A DNA stretch of 64,000 nt, taken from contig NC_045696.1 in assembly GCF_009834535.1 (NCBI RefSeq), positions 4,528,001 to 4,592,000 of the forward strand. The letters are read 5' to 3'. A program made the position numbers and the translations under genes. The notes below the pieces were generated by a model, which had not been told where the DNA came from, ran no database searches, and saw only the letters and a list, made by a program, of their open reading frames with translations. Origin of the DNA: Camelus ferus. Lineage: Eukaryota. Shown here in pieces: positions 13,400-26,580 of this stretch; position 1 is the stretch's first letter, and every line of letters begins with the position of its first letter.

Positions 13400-16305
13400 A
13401 CAGCTGGCGTTGCTGGATGCCTTCTTTCCAACATGCTCTCCCTCTGACCCATTTCACACAGGTGCTCATGTCTACCCTACATTCTCCTTGTGTCAGAGAC
13501 TAGACTTTAGGATCGACCTGATAAAACCCAAGCCACAGGAGAGCAGCAGAGCCTGACTGGAGAAACTCTACACACTGCCCTTCTGACTGGTCTCATTTTA
13601 AGTTGTGACCACAGACCTCAAGTGAGCCCTTAGCTCTGCCCTCAGCCCCCCTTGACTGCCCTGTTGCTTCCTGCTCCTGTGAGAAAACTATTTCGCATCT
13701 TCTCGTTCCTCCTTATCTGAAAACCTCAAACTCCCCTTCCCTTTCCAGACTCTCAGTTGACCTTGTTTCTCTTACCAAGAAATCAGCAGACCCAAGTGAT
13801 ATCTCTTCCCCTCCCCCACACTGAGTTATCCGTTTGCATGTGTGTATACCTGTTTTGATTGCTCCCTTTTACCCCAGGGGTGAGGGAGGGATTCAGTTGT
13901 GGGGATGACTGATCACCGACTCCTGGCCTGGGCAGGTGGTGAGGTCAATGGCAGTATTTTTGTCATGTATACTCACAGCCCAGGTGAGGAGGACATCCAG
14001 CCTTGCAGGGCCACGTGGGGGTTGCACTTGGGAACAGACTGAACATCCAGGGGCTGTGGGAGGAGGCTTTGCAGTTATCATGAGGGTGAGGTGCCTTCTG
14101 GTTCCTTCAGGAGGATGTGATTGGCTTGTTTGAGTAGTTGGGCTGGTTGGCAGGGAACTAACACCTGCTGCTTAGGAATAAGCAGACACCATGCCTGGTC
14201 CCTTGATAAGGAGGGTCATTTAGCGAGACTGTGTCTGTGGGAGCAGAAGGAGAGAGGAGAGTGTGTGGTTAAGCCATTTGAGGTCTTTTCCATTTTGCCA
14301 AATGTCGAGACAACACTTAATATTGAACCTTAATTTCAGATGCTACACCAAAATACCTGTCTACACTGCCTTCCCTCCCCTGACAATGGAAACACTGGCC
14401 TATCTCCCTGGAAGGCTGGGACCTCTGCCCATGTCCAGAATCCCTTCTTCTCCCATCCACTGAAGGACTCTGCCCTCACATTTATGATCTCACCCTCAAG
14501 AATCTCCCAGTTTTCCTCTCTTCTGGGTAGCATGCCAACACCAGGCCATCTCTCATGTAACATGCTAACATGTGAAACACGCTAACAGGCACCACTCTTG
14601 TCACCGTTCTCGTCACATTCCTCATGTCTTACACTCTTGTGGCAAAACCACTGGAAAGAGTTGCATATGCTCATGTTTCTCAGATTAACAGAGGTGAGGG
14701 ATTTGTTTCTCAATTTCTGATCTGTTGCAGATGGATGTGAAATCCTATAGTCCATGCCTGGGACACAGGTTGTTCCATGAGCTTCCCAGCACGGGAGCTG
14801 AGCAGTGAGCGAAGCTGTCTGTCCCCCACTCACCGAGACCCAAGGGCACAGAGCACACCCTTGTAGGGTGCAGCGACACCTCAATTTCCATATTTGTCTG
14901 ATTGTAAACAGGAAACAAGCAGCGGGTCTGTGCACACTTTGACCAGGGCTGTCTGAGTCCACTTTACGCCTTCATCCCCCAGTCCCTCTTAAATACAGTA
15001 CGATTAGTGTCCTCTTCCCAAGTTCCTTGGAATCGTGTTTCTAGCCTTCACCTTGTTCACCTTCTCAGCAGCTTTTGACAGAGCACATCACTCTGTCCTT
15101 GAAGCACCTTTACTTGGGTCCTGGATAGCACTCTCTTTAGATCTCCCTTCTGCCTCGCTGGTTCCCCTGGTTTCTCCTGGTTGCCTTTCCTGATGTCTCC
15201 TTTCTAGTCACGTGCTAAATGATGCAGTACCCGAGGGCTCTGTTCTCAGCCCTCTTCTCCTGACTTTTCTTCCCCTTTTCACCACCCACTCCCCTACCTT
15301 GCTTTCCTGTCTACGCTTACTCTCTGTAGGATTTAATCTCGGCTGAGGCATTAAATACCATCTATATGCTAATGACGTCCACATTCATATCTTTATCCAC
15401 AACTGCCCCTCTGAGCTCAAATTCAGGCCCTCAAATCCAACTGCATACTCAACACCCTCACTTAGAAATCTTCCAGGCCTGTCAGACTTTAACCTGTCTG
15501 AAACAGAGCTCTTGGATCTTTCTCCCCAAACCTGCTCCTATCTCATGATTTTGTCATCCAAGTCACGCATCACTAGAGATCCTCTGCTCTGGAGTCATCC
15601 TTGATTGCTCTGTTTCCTTCACATCTTGTATTCCAACCTCCAGCACATCCTGTTGACTCTGCTCTCAGAATATGACCACTTCATCCAGCGCTACTTCAAT
15701 TCAAGCTTGTCTCCTCACTTGCCTGGGCTGGTCTCTGCAACCACTTGCCAGCTGGCTTCTTTGCTTCTACTTTTGCAGTTGGAGTTCTACCCAGTAGCCA
15801 GAGGGACCTCTTTAAATTGTAAATCAGGCCGTGTCATTCCTCTGCTCAGAGCCTGTAGGGCATTCCCTCATTCCTAATATTAACCCAGCCTTTCTCACTG
15901 TACCCTAAAAGGCCCTTGGTGATCTGGCTCTGGCTGGCCACACCACACACCCTCCACTTCTGCCACACAGGCCTCCAGCATTCTCAGCTTGTTCCTGGGT
16001 CAGCAATTTTCACTCCCTACTTTTTCTTTCTGGAATGCTCTGCCCTGGGCCTTATTGTGCTGTGGTTTTTCACTGCATTCTCTGCCTAAATATCATCTCC
16101 CACTTGATCTAACATAAAGTGACCTCCTTGATAATACTGTTTCTCCTTGCTGTGCTTTGTTTCTTCGTAGCAGCTATGAGTGTTGGAATAATATGGTTAT
16201 TTGCTTGATTATCATCTTGTCTCCTGTACTCACCTCTGCATCACGGGCACCTAGAAGAGTTACTGAAGACTTTAGGTGCCCAGTAAATATTTATTGAATA
16301 AATGA
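13400..16305 (+). mobile_element. L2 LINE (fragmented ORF2 and 3' end), interrupted by other repeats
   Basis: Pyrimidine-rich L2-like body (cttctcagcagcttttgacagagc...; taaatcaggccgtgtcattcctctgctc...) ending in the L2 tail cagtaaatatttattgaataaatga. Confidence 0.75.
13893..14312 (-). mobile_element. ERV LTR-like insertion within the L2 (family uncertain)
   Basis: G-rich block interrupting the C/T-rich L2, with LTR-like gtgattggcttgtttga and a terminal ...gaca. Confidence 0.4.
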
Positions 16306-16426
16306 TAAAGTGATGAGTGCTATTTAGAGGGATATGACTCTTATGGGCCTGAAGTCATTGCTCTCTCTTTAATTCCATTTTGCTTTCTTCCTCCTGATGG
16401 AGTGACAGGCCCTCTCTCTTTGCCAG

Positions 16427-16470
16427 GTTTTCTTCATGTGGAAGATGTAGACATGCATATTGATTGAAAG
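16427..16470 (+). other. Candidate 44-nt exon (5'UTR-type or stop-containing)
   Basis: Acceptor cctctctctttgccAG| and donor AAG|GTCAGC. Stops in all three frames; the longest reads FLHVEDVDMHID*. Confidence 0.35.
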
Positions 16471-16547
16471 GTCAGCAAGCATTATGCCCAAGAATTTTCA
16501 ACTCCGACCTATTCCTAGAGGCATAACAATAAAAATACCTTGGTTTA

Positions 16548-16831
16548 TACAGTATAATCTTGTTTATCTATTATACAATTTTGAAATCCCGTCTATCCCT
16601 TCCCACCCTCCACCCCCTTGGCAACCACAAGTTTGTATTCTATATTTATGAATCTATTTCTGTTTTGTATTTAGCACAGGGAAATATACACAAGATCTTA
16701 TGGTAGCTCACAGAGAAAAAAAAGTCTCAATGAATATATATATGTTTATGTATGACTGAAAAATTGTGCTCTACGCTGGAATTTGACACAACATTGTAAA
16801 ATGATTATGAATCAATAAAAAATTTAAAAAG
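16548..16831 (+). mobile_element. Short L1 3' end with 5' inversion (twin priming)
   Basis: 16548-16671 is antisense L1 3'UTR; 16672-16830 is sense, ending in aataaaaaatttaaaaa. TSD ataccttggttta at 16535-16547 and 16832-16844. Confidence 0.9.
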
Positions 16832-16904
16832 ATACCTTGGTTTAAAAGAATTGAATAGCTATATAATTATGGAACTATTATGTGCATTTTGGTAAATACA
16901 AATA

Positions 16905-17700
16905 TATTTGGTTCAACAATTTTCTAGCAAATGCTTACTGAGCACCTGTTATGCGCACTAAGCTGTAAGCTCCTAGACATCAGGGATTTTGTGCTGTCTA
17001 TCACAGTATCTCCATATCCTAGAACAGGGTCTGGCAGATAGGTTGCTCTTTAAACATTTGTTGAATGAATAAATGATGGAAAATCATTATGCTGAGGACT
17101 GTGCAAGAAATCAGGCCATTCCCTGTTTTGTAGGTCATAGCAAAGTCCCAAGGAAGAGAGGACAAACTCCAACTATAAAAAGGCTGGACATGATCATGAT
17201 TACCATGTTGGACTTACAGAGAAAGTTCTGTAGTGTTTATGGAAACAGAAACAACTTCTGATTGTCCATAAAGGGCTTCAAGGAGAAGGAAGTTTCAAAA
17301 CTGAACTTTAGGGCTGTGTATGTGTTTAACTGGACAAGGTGGGCAGCAGAGAGATTGGCCAGAGTAAAGGTGAGAAGCCAGGATGTGGAGGGGAGGCGTG
17401 TAGCAGCTCCACTAAGTTTCTGTGCACGTCATAGTGGAAGAGACACTACAAATGTGGGAGGAAGCAGAGTATGGAGGCATCTGAATTCAAATTCAGATTA
17501 ATTGAATGTAAGATTTATGTGTTAAGATCATAATCTCAGTGTCATGTGAGTGTGTCGTGTTTGGGCTGTGGTGCATAGGAGAGTGTGCAGAGTAGAGACT
17601 CAGTGGACGTGTGACCACACAGAGGCTATTCCAGGGGTGCAGGAAGGAGACGCTCTGCCACCAGGATGGTGGTGGTTGACTGGGTACCAGAAGAGTGGGG
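16905..17700. mobile_element. L2 fragments (a + strand 3' tail at ~16960-17075 within an antisense L2)
   Basis: caaatgcttactgagcacc (antisense tail), then ctgtaagctcc...aacatttgttgaatgaataaatga (sense tail), then a purine-rich antisense L2 body. Confidence 0.6.
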
Positions 17701-18414
17701 AGGAGGGGTCAGAGGGAGTTGGATGGTAGCCCCAGCTTGACTGCAAGTAAGGTTAGGTCTGGTTTATCCCTATGGGAGCATCTTACTACGTGAACTTCCT
17801 AGAAAACTGAAGTCATAAATAAGTTATATACTTAATTGCTGTCCGTACTGCTTCACTTCAGTGCTTTTTTCTTAAGACCTTATGAAACGTGCCTATCTGC
17901 AGACTGTGTACCATAGTGGGTTCACTGATGGGGGTATTTTATAGCACCTGATGGGAGCCATTCTGCAGCTGCTTTATCACAGCATGACCCAAGAGATGCT
18001 GAAAACTGGACCACAATCAGAGGGCATGCCCCGAAAGATGAACTGATCAGCTTAAATCAACAAAGAACCAACAGTTGTACTTTCTTCTAGTTTTCATGTC
18101 TCTCTTGAAAGTAAAGCAAACAAAAATTTAAAATTGACGGCGAGTTTGGGCTAAGGCTCCACTGTAACAATCACCATATATTATTTTATAGCTAACTGAG
18201 CTCAACTTTAGTTTCCTTTAGTGTGAACCTGTTTGAGTTCTGTATTCACCAGAAAAGGAAGGGGTGACCACTGCAATGAAGATTTGTAATTTTTGTCAGG
18301 CAGTGTAACTAAATTAACCTTAGGACGCACCAGTTTTAAAATGTCATCACCTGAACATCCATTTTCTCTTGTTTATATACTTGCTACATAGAAACCTATG
18401 ATAGAGTTGAAAAA

Positions 18415-18462
18415 TGTAACTGCCTATACTGCAATAAAAAAAGAAGAAAAAAAGAAAAAAAA
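18415..18462 (+). mobile_element. Extremely 5'-truncated L1 tail
   Basis: tgtaactgcctatactgcaataaaa plus an A-rich tail; matches the end of the L1 at 27611-27639 (tgtaactggctatactacaataaaa). Confidence 0.7.
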
Positions 18463-20164
18463 GTGAATTTAGAATTCAACTTAGTGTAACTTCAACCTCA
18501 AAATACTTTACAACTCAGTTCATGTTCTCAGTCTCATTTTGTGTCTGTATGCAACTAACAGGGTTTATTTTGTGATTTAGCTCTTTTTTCATTTTCTTTT
18601 CTTTATTTCTTTCTCTCCTCACTAACTACACTGGTTCATGCACACACTTGATCTGTGTGTTCTTACATTAAACATTATTTCTTATAATACGTTTATTAAA
18701 GCCTCTTTTGCTTTTGTATTTACTGATCGAACTGTGTTTTCAAAACTGAAAATTGAGATGAGGCGTAAGGAGTAGAGGGTTGTAATTGTCACAATCTGTA
18801 TCTGCATGATACAGATTATGACTGACTGGCAGTATCCACAGTGGCTGATCATTAGTGACAGAATGTTACTGATGTTACTGAGGACTGATCATAAAACCAA
18901 CATAAACTCACCAGTGGGCTTTCTTAGAAGGAGAGTGTTTCATAATTAACCTGAAAATATATACTATGCTTATTTTTATGCCTTTTGGGAATATGAAATA
19001 AGAGAAGAAAAGTATAAAGAAGATTTCTGTTCTTCTGTCTGGCATTGGCCATTTACTTGGGAAATCATGACATATACAATTAGAAGGAAACAAAATCTTT
19101 TTAAAATTGAGGTATTATAAGCTAATAAAATGAGATAAACTGGGTAATCTAATTTAGTTAAGTTAAAAAGTGAGTTGCTGATGGTTCAGAAAAGACATTT
19201 AACTTAAAAATAGAAGAGCATGCTTTGTTAGCTGAAGCCAAGGAAGTTTTCCTGAAAGAGGAGTGGCTTCAGCAGACTCCTACAGGGCAGGGACCAGTGC
19301 TGGACAGCAGTTTGAGAAATAGGCTGGGTATTGACAGCAATGACGTGTGTGTAGGAGCAAACTTCAGGCTGCAGCAAGAACTTTCAGAGACTTTCAGAGC
19401 AAGGCTGGGTGGGGAAAGTTCAGTTTCATGTTATGGTGAGGCATTTAGAAACGGTCAGAAGTGCTTGGACAGGATTCACACTTGTGGCAAACAGCTGTGG
19501 TCCCGGGCAGCGCCATTGCTGCTACTTCAGACCCTGGGATTGGCTCTGAGTTTTTACAATGTGTAAAGTGAAGAGTTTTAGTTCCAGTCAGGAAAAGATG
19601 ACAGTGTGTTCCCTGTCAGTTACAAAGAAATGAAATGAAGAGATTTACAAAAGGTAAAATTTATGACCTCTCAGTATTCTAACACCAGCCACTGTTTTAA
19701 GATTTCCATAATTATCTCAACTTTGCTTTGCAGACCTTGATGTATACACGTAGAGGCTCACACTGCTGATGGAATGAGTAAAGGCAAAATCTGAGCTAAG
19801 ATGATTTGACTTTAAGAGAATCCTTATCAACCTACATGAGCAGTGTTTGGGGAAAAATGATCTTTAATTATTAATCAAAGTTATAACCTAGTCAAATTTA
19901 GTGTTACTTGAGACCTTCATGGTAGCCCTTTTAGTGAGTAAATCAGATTTATATTTTAGTTCTCTGACTTGTAATTACATGATGTCGTTTAGCTTCCCTG
20001 TCAGCACATCTGAGTGTCCAAGTGGTCTGCTGCAGTTTTCCCTTGATTAAAGTGGACTCATCTCCTAAAGAGAGACTTAACATTCCTTACTCCATATTTT
20101 CCCTTTATAAAAAAAAGTGATTCTATTTTTTTAAAGTTCTACTGTGGTGACTTGTTGAATGGTG

Positions 20165-20330
20165 TTTTTGGAAAGATATTCTGGAAGTGGCATGAAGGAA
20201 CGATTGAAACATGGAAGACTTGAAGGTGAAAATTTCGCTAGGCTACTGCTGTAATGACCAGTGGTGTGAGAAGATGAATGTTTGGGCTGCATAGTAATCA
20301 TGCAAGAGAGAGAAAAGGATAACACTAAAA
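20165..20330 (-). mobile_element. L2 fragment
   Basis: gaaagatattctgg...ggctactgctgtaat...gtgagaagatga...gagagagaaaagg, an L2 antisense pattern. Confidence 0.45.
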
Positions 20331-21141
20331 ATGTCCTGACTGAGGATGTAAAAAGTAATAAAAAAATGGCAACTTTACAAAATCAAAACAGTGAAGATGA
20401 TTCAAGAAATCATCAAGTAAACATATTTGCCACGTTGGGCTGAAGATACTTGCCATATGAGATTATTGACAGTAGATTTTGAAGCGATTCACGAAGTTAA
20501 AGGCATAATAAAATGCAGTCTATTACTGTGCTCTAAGAAGTTATTGCCTAATCAGGAGATTAATGCTGGTTCCCACACTCAAACCTCTGAGGTCACCAAT
20601 GTTTAAGTTGGCAAACCCTGGGTAGACTTGGCTGTGCCCCTCACCCAAAGACCCCACTTTCTTTATCTTTGCTCATGGTTCTGTGCTTTAAGATACAGTT
20701 TTTTTTTTCCCCCTCAATATATATGATGACTCTAGTCTTTAATCCAGGTCCTTTTTACATTTCTGGTCACATGCAGGGGGCCTTCATTTATCTGTCCCAA
20801 CACACACTATCTTCCTCCACAAATTTTCACCTTCCCACCTAATCCTGACAAGGACACCCTTAGTTTGGGAGGATTAAGGCAGTTAGCAATGAAAAGACTT
20901 GACAATCACCTGTCAAACCATTGTGTGAAAGGAGGATCAAAGATACAAATTGACCTCTTTCAGAAGACGCAATAGGATTTGGCCAGAGCTAGGCTTCAAA
21001 CCAAGCTGACCTGCCTCCAGGCTCCAGTTTCTGCCATGCTGGATGCGTGAATGGGGAGGGGAGTAGAAGAAATCAGAGAGAAACATGTAGGTCAAAGCGG
21101 ATCAGCGCACACATGTGATCTCGTGTGATCTCTCCTGACAG

Positions 21142-21264
21142 CTCGGCCCAGGACGGTCTCCTTGGCCAAATGCAGTGGGTTCATTCTGCTGGAAGTTTGT
21201 GAGAATTGGTGATTACATGGCATCAGCTCTGTGTTTTTTAAATTCTTGGCTTAACGAATGCTAG
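21142..21264 (+). other. Candidate non-coding exon
   Basis: Acceptor tctctcctgacAG| and donor TAG|GTAAGT (perfect intronic consensus). Local CpG retention; stops in all frames. Confidence 0.3.
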
Positions 21265-23234
21265 GTAAGTCTGCATTGGAAACATGGACACGGTTATTAC
21301 CTTGTTTGGTCCTTGCATTTTTCTCCGAGGTCTTTGTGAAAGTCCAGGAAGATGGTCTAGTGACAAGGACTTCCGTGTTGTTTGGGAGGAGTTAACACAG
21401 CCCCCACCGCAGAGCCCTGGCTCCAGGCGATCTGTGTTCAATTATGGTAAAACGTTAAGCTAGCTGAATGAGAATTTTTCTGGTTACTTGAGTCTGCCTT
21501 TTGGACCCCATTAGTTGTTCACTCATTAAATCATTTACATTAACCCTTCCCAACTAGTCCTAATAATCAGCTTTTAAGTATCTTTCTGTTCTGTGTTATT
21601 TCTCATTTAGGTTTTCTTGGGCACGTAGCCCTGGTCCCTGGTAAAGAATCCACATGCATTAGATGTTCAGTGTTGAATAGACTCTGTACGGCTTATTCGA
21701 TCGCATCCTAATTTTGTTTCTTGCTTCAACGGGGAATGTAACGTTTGTACTTCAGACCTCAATTTTATTCTACATCCAGAAAAAGCTCGCTCTTATAAAA
21801 TAATTGATCATCTTAAAGTAACAGTGTCTCATTCCAAAGAAAGTCTGTTTTCTTTTTTGGTCCACCTGTGTGTTAGTTGTTACATAAATTTAGTGTTCTC
21901 TTAGATTTTATCATGTCTTCTAAAAGTGATGCTTTAGAATAATGTTTGGAATGCCTTGCCACCCTCAACCCTAGTCTTCGTGAATTGGAGAAGCACACGT
22001 GAAGTTGGGAATTTATTTCCAAACCTTCAGTTAACTTTGGCTATTCCAAGAGCAAACAGTTCTGCCCGTGTTTGAGTGTGGAATGAATGTGTTACATGGC
22101 TTTCTTGTTTTTTAAAGAAACAGCAGTGTATGGCATGGGGAGGGGCTGCATGCATGTAGTCCCGCAGGGACAGGCTGCTGCTTTATTGCAGTGTGAGGCC
22201 TGGAAGCTTTCGTCACCAGGAGGTTTGAGAAGTGATGAACTGTGCGGCATTATATTCCTTTTACCTTCTTCCCTCTCATATAAATGATGACAAATTGCCT
22301 GGTTGTAAATTTGAAAGTCCCTAAATGGCATTTTTGTCAAAGCCTTTAGAACAAAATGCTTACTCGGAGAGATTTTTAAGTCTTGGGAGACAGGGTGGTG
22401 GGGAGCAGTCCTAATTATTATGCATCATGACACAATGCATTATGCATCATGCTTGCTTTTCTGCTTTTTAAACACTTGTTATGGATGATGAAACTAATTT
22501 AAACGGACAAACAGGGTGCTCTCCTGCACATCTTCCCTGTGATGTCATATTCTTCTTCTAGGAGGTTTCATCAACACCTCCCGTGGAAGCCCCTCAAACA
22601 TGCACATTTTAATAAGACACTTTAATAATTAGCCTAGAGATAATTGTCAGTCAAGGGACCTTTTATCAGAGGTGCCTTGAAAGTGGCATGTTCACAGAAG
22701 AAAGAAGTGATCTGATTTGCATTTGTGCTGGCTTCCCTTTCCTCCTGGCGTTTATACGGAATGAAATACTACAAATGGGGAAGAGTGTAAAAAAGGAAAA
22801 GTGTGGGTGTGGAAGGGGAAGCCAGAGCTGTCAAACTGTTAAGACAAATGGGGCTTAGAGAATCCTAATTAAACCTGAAATTGCTTAGAAACAGGAAGTA
22901 TGTATTCCTAATTGTTGGCACCAGGAAAAAAAAAATCTAATTTACTGCATATCTTTAAATAAAGATAACCCATTATTTGGCCTACGAGATTTCAATCCTT
23001 ACCTATTGCAGAAGTGAATGTAGTGACTTTAAATGCTGTGAAGTTCACCTCCAATGTTCAGCATAAGATGTAGTAGAGAAGACGTTCAAAAAAGAAGTGG
23101 TACTGGAAAGTATGTATAGATCTTTGTCTTTTATTTTCTTCTCCTGGATGTATTCTTGTTATTCTGGGATAATTTTTGGTGTCTTTGAGCCCTCAGAAAT
23201 ATTGAGTATCTGAAAAATTAAAATGAATACGAGT

Positions 23235-23268
23235 ATTCATTCATTCATTCATTCATTCATTCATTCAT
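23235..23268 (+). repeat. (ATTC)n tetranucleotide repeat
   Basis: About 8.5 perfect units, possibly seeded by an L2 tail. Confidence 0.95.
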
Positions 23269-23894
23269 GTTCTGAAGACAACCCCCGCCGTGTGGCTTTC
23301 AGAATAACAAAGTGCTGTCTGCTGGGCTAGGACTTTGTTTCCTAGGAGGATGCTGAGTCTCTGATGTAGGAGATGACCAGGTTCTCTTCTGTCACTGCAC
23401 CTCTTGATACAGATGATCAACACCCCTCCCTTAAAAAAAATTTTTTTTTTTTAATTTGGGAGGCAGAAGAAGCTTCTCGCATCTTGACATCTCAAATTCA
23501 TTGTCACAAATTTAGGGGCAGGGCTAAGGACAAACCACTGTCATTTTTTTCACCTTTACTCAAGTTTCAAAACACACTACTGCTCTTCTTGTAGGATTTT
23601 GACCTTCATTTATTTAAAATACACATTTAACATGAGAGCCCCACCCTTTAATAAAAGTTTTTTTTGCTGTTTTTTAAGTTGTTTCCATGGTAGACTGGAA
23701 GAAGTGAGAGACTGGGACGTCAGGAGCTGCAGCTTCTATTTCTGGTTGAGTCTCTAACTTTGGAATCTGTTGAGGTCTCAACCAGGTCGCCTCACCGGCG
23801 GTGAGCACTGCGAGGACAGGTGCAGGGATAGCTGGCGGTCTGTTGGGGACTTGCGTTATGCTGCGGACTGTAGCCCCCGTCTGTGATGGTCACA

Positions 23895-24045
23895 TTTAAC
23901 TCTCATAGAAATCCTTCATTTTACCTCTCTGCCCTTTACAGATGAGCAAACTGAATCACAGAAAGGCTGAGGAACTTGCCCAGTGTCACTCAAGGTGGGT
24001 AGTCAGGTTGAACCCAGGTCTTCTGACTCAGGACCAGCATTTTTA
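23895..24045 (-). mobile_element. MIR
   Basis: Core tttacagatgagcaaactga...cacaga...aacttgcccagtgtcac...gaacccaggtct. Confidence 0.85.
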
Positions 24046-24299
24046 TCCCAAATTCCTAAAACCTGGCTCATACTGCTTCCTATGTCTATTTCAATCACGA
24101 AATTATTGTTAACATCAAATCAAATGGTCGTGTTGCACGTGAACATCCTTCGAAAAAAGGAAATGCATCTTGGTGTGTCACACTACCATCACTGCCGCTT
24201 TCTCAGGATTTCATTTGTAAAACACAAATAATAGCAGCTTCCCTGAGAGACATTGGTGCTTCTTAAGTGGAAGAGATTTGATGAGCATTGGGAAATTTT

Positions 24300-24560
24300 G
24301 TCTTTTAAGTTTTCCAGCGAAGGTTGGTGCCAGCTTTATCCTGGAGATAAAGAGACCTCCATTTGTTCACATGCGCGAGGGCTTTCTGTGTCTCGGTGGG
24401 TGAGCAGCCTGCCTCTGCTGCGTTATCTGTGTCAGCCAGGTGGTGGGCTCCAGGAGTGGGGGCGGCTGGTTGAAACAAACGAGCTTTGTTTAGGGTGAAA
24501 ATAACCTTATCTTGTGATGGTCTGACCATTCCTGTTTGTCCTGAGGAAATTGCTAGGCAA
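24300..24560. promoter_or_regulatory. Candidate GATA/E-box/KLF enhancer
   Basis: AGATAA at 24345-24350, TTATCT-N8-CAGGTG at 24423-24442, TTATCT at 24507-24512, GGGGGCGG at ~24457; CpGs retained. Confidence 0.4.
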
Positions 24561-26019
24561 TAGGCCTCTCCTGGTATACAAACACAGTTTAGACTGAGGT
24601 TGCTTTAAGATTTCTTTTTTTTTTTTTTACAACTAGAAATCAACAAAATGGCAACAACCTGAAGGGTGAGGGTGGTGACAGTAGGTCTTTTTTCTCCACT
24701 CAGCCCCTAAATTGTCAGTTTTAACTGCCTGCCTCCATTACCTGCTGTAGTATTTGAGCATTCTCCTTCAGAAGCAGGTTAAGTCATGTTTGGAAGATGT
24801 GATATGTATCCTCTCAAGAACTTATTTTTATTTGTGTTCATTTTGAACTTGTAAATCTTCATCCTATTGTTAAACACCGCAATTGCCTTATGAATTGCTG
24901 TTTTTGGTTAATATGAGATCAGTAGGCCTTCCCAGTATTTTTCATGGCCATAAAATAATTGAAGGTCAGTATGTGAAGTGTGGACATTTCAGTTATCTGG
25001 TCTACCTCCTATTAACTGAATTGCCTCATTGCCTCTGGTGGATGGTCCCAGTGTTTTTATTTCTGCCTGTACAACTGCAAGGATGTGGTTCCAAGTCAAT
25101 CATATCTACAGGTCAGTGTCTCATCTTATGCTTCCATTATAACCTCTTCCCCCAAGATTAACTAAAATCTCTCAACATCAGTGAACTATTTATTTGTCAG
25201 TGTTGCTTTGCAGCCTTCAGTACCAACGCAATGGAGATAACCAACATCAATGCATATCTTTGTATGAGCTTTTAAAATTTCTATTAGATGTAACAGAAAA
25301 AGTAATATTTCTTTCTTCATAGCATGTCTTTTCAGGAGAGATTTCAGCACTTCTAACGTTGGTCTTTACTAATAGATGGGACTCCCGTTCCAGTTGTTCG
25401 TAAGATATCACTGACAACATTAGTACAGCTTGAAGCATCTTAGCTTGAAGTTAAACACTGAAAAATTTTTTTAAAGAGTTCTGAAGGGTGTAACTGGAAG
25501 CATGCACAGCTGGAGAGTCTACATGGTTTGGTTCTCCATGTGTAGAACTAGACACTTGGCACACTCAAACCCTAGTTTGGTGGCACAAATAAAGCTGTTT
25601 CTCAGTGCAGTCCAGGTGCATTCTGGCTACAGATGGCTGTTGGGGCCTTTGCAGTCTGTGTCCTCTTGGGCATTTATGTGCTTGCTTGGCTGCAGCAGTG
25701 CATTTCAGCTGTGTCCATGTGACCACTAGAAAATCGCAAGTGGCCAAAAGATTCAGTGAATCAGTCCTGCCCTAGACCCCTGTCTTCATGTATTACAGTT
25801 ATTTGGATTAATGGCCATATGTTCAGTCTCATGGGCTTCTATTCTCTTGCTCAAACATGGTCTTTAGGTCAAAAAGATGTGGGTTCAAATCCAGTTAACT
25901 CATCCTCTAGTCTTTTGTGGAATGAAATGGTATTTTCATTTCTGTTGTTTCGAACATCACCAAATATATTTGGCTGCATTTTAATGCAAATATGCTCTTT
26001 GTTGTCTACCTCATTTTCT

Positions 26020-26580
26020 ACTATCCTCTTTTCTTCCTTTTTAACTCTTCAGAGTCAAATTTCTCTAAAGACATGTCTACACTCTCTAGCCCTGTGTTCT
26101 TACTTTGTACTCACTCAACACCCAATGTGTCAACTCCAGTCAGCCCTTTCCCTTCACTCAGTTTACTCCAAGGTCGCCAGTGACTTCCACAGTGCCATAT
26201 TCAGTGGACAGTTCTCCATCCTTACACCCAACACTGGTGACCACTTCTTCCTCATTAAAACGGTTTCTTCCTTTTGCTTCCAACTTCCATCACTCTTCTG
26301 CTTTCTCTTTTATTTTTGTGGTCTCTGACTAGTCTGCTTGGCCGGCTCATGTATGATCTTTCAGTGTTAGAATTCCCTAATGCTCAAGCCCAGTTTCTCT
26401 TATGTTTTTATTCTCTACTCTTTTCCTGGGTAGTAAAATACATGCCCATTGCTTACAGTTTTCAGCTCTAACCTGGGTTTCAGTTGTCTGGACATAGCCA
26501 CTTGAAACTCTCAAAATCACTTCTAAAGCTAATACTCCAATCCAAATTCCATCTTCTCCCTCTGTTCCCCACAAATAGCC
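26020..26580 (+). mobile_element. L2 fragment
   Basis: caaggtcgccagtgacttcc...cagtggacagttctccatcct...gaccacttcttcctc, an L2 ORF2-derived pattern. Confidence 0.65.

Noticed and set aside
18793..18818. 10-bp inverted repeat aatctgtatc-tgcat-gatacagatt
   Set aside because: Too short for a pre-miRNA and compatible with chance in 64 kb.
25756..26328. 190-aa hydrophobic ORF
   Set aside because: Largely overlaps pyrimidine-rich L2, so the F/L/S bias is compositional; non-ATG start.
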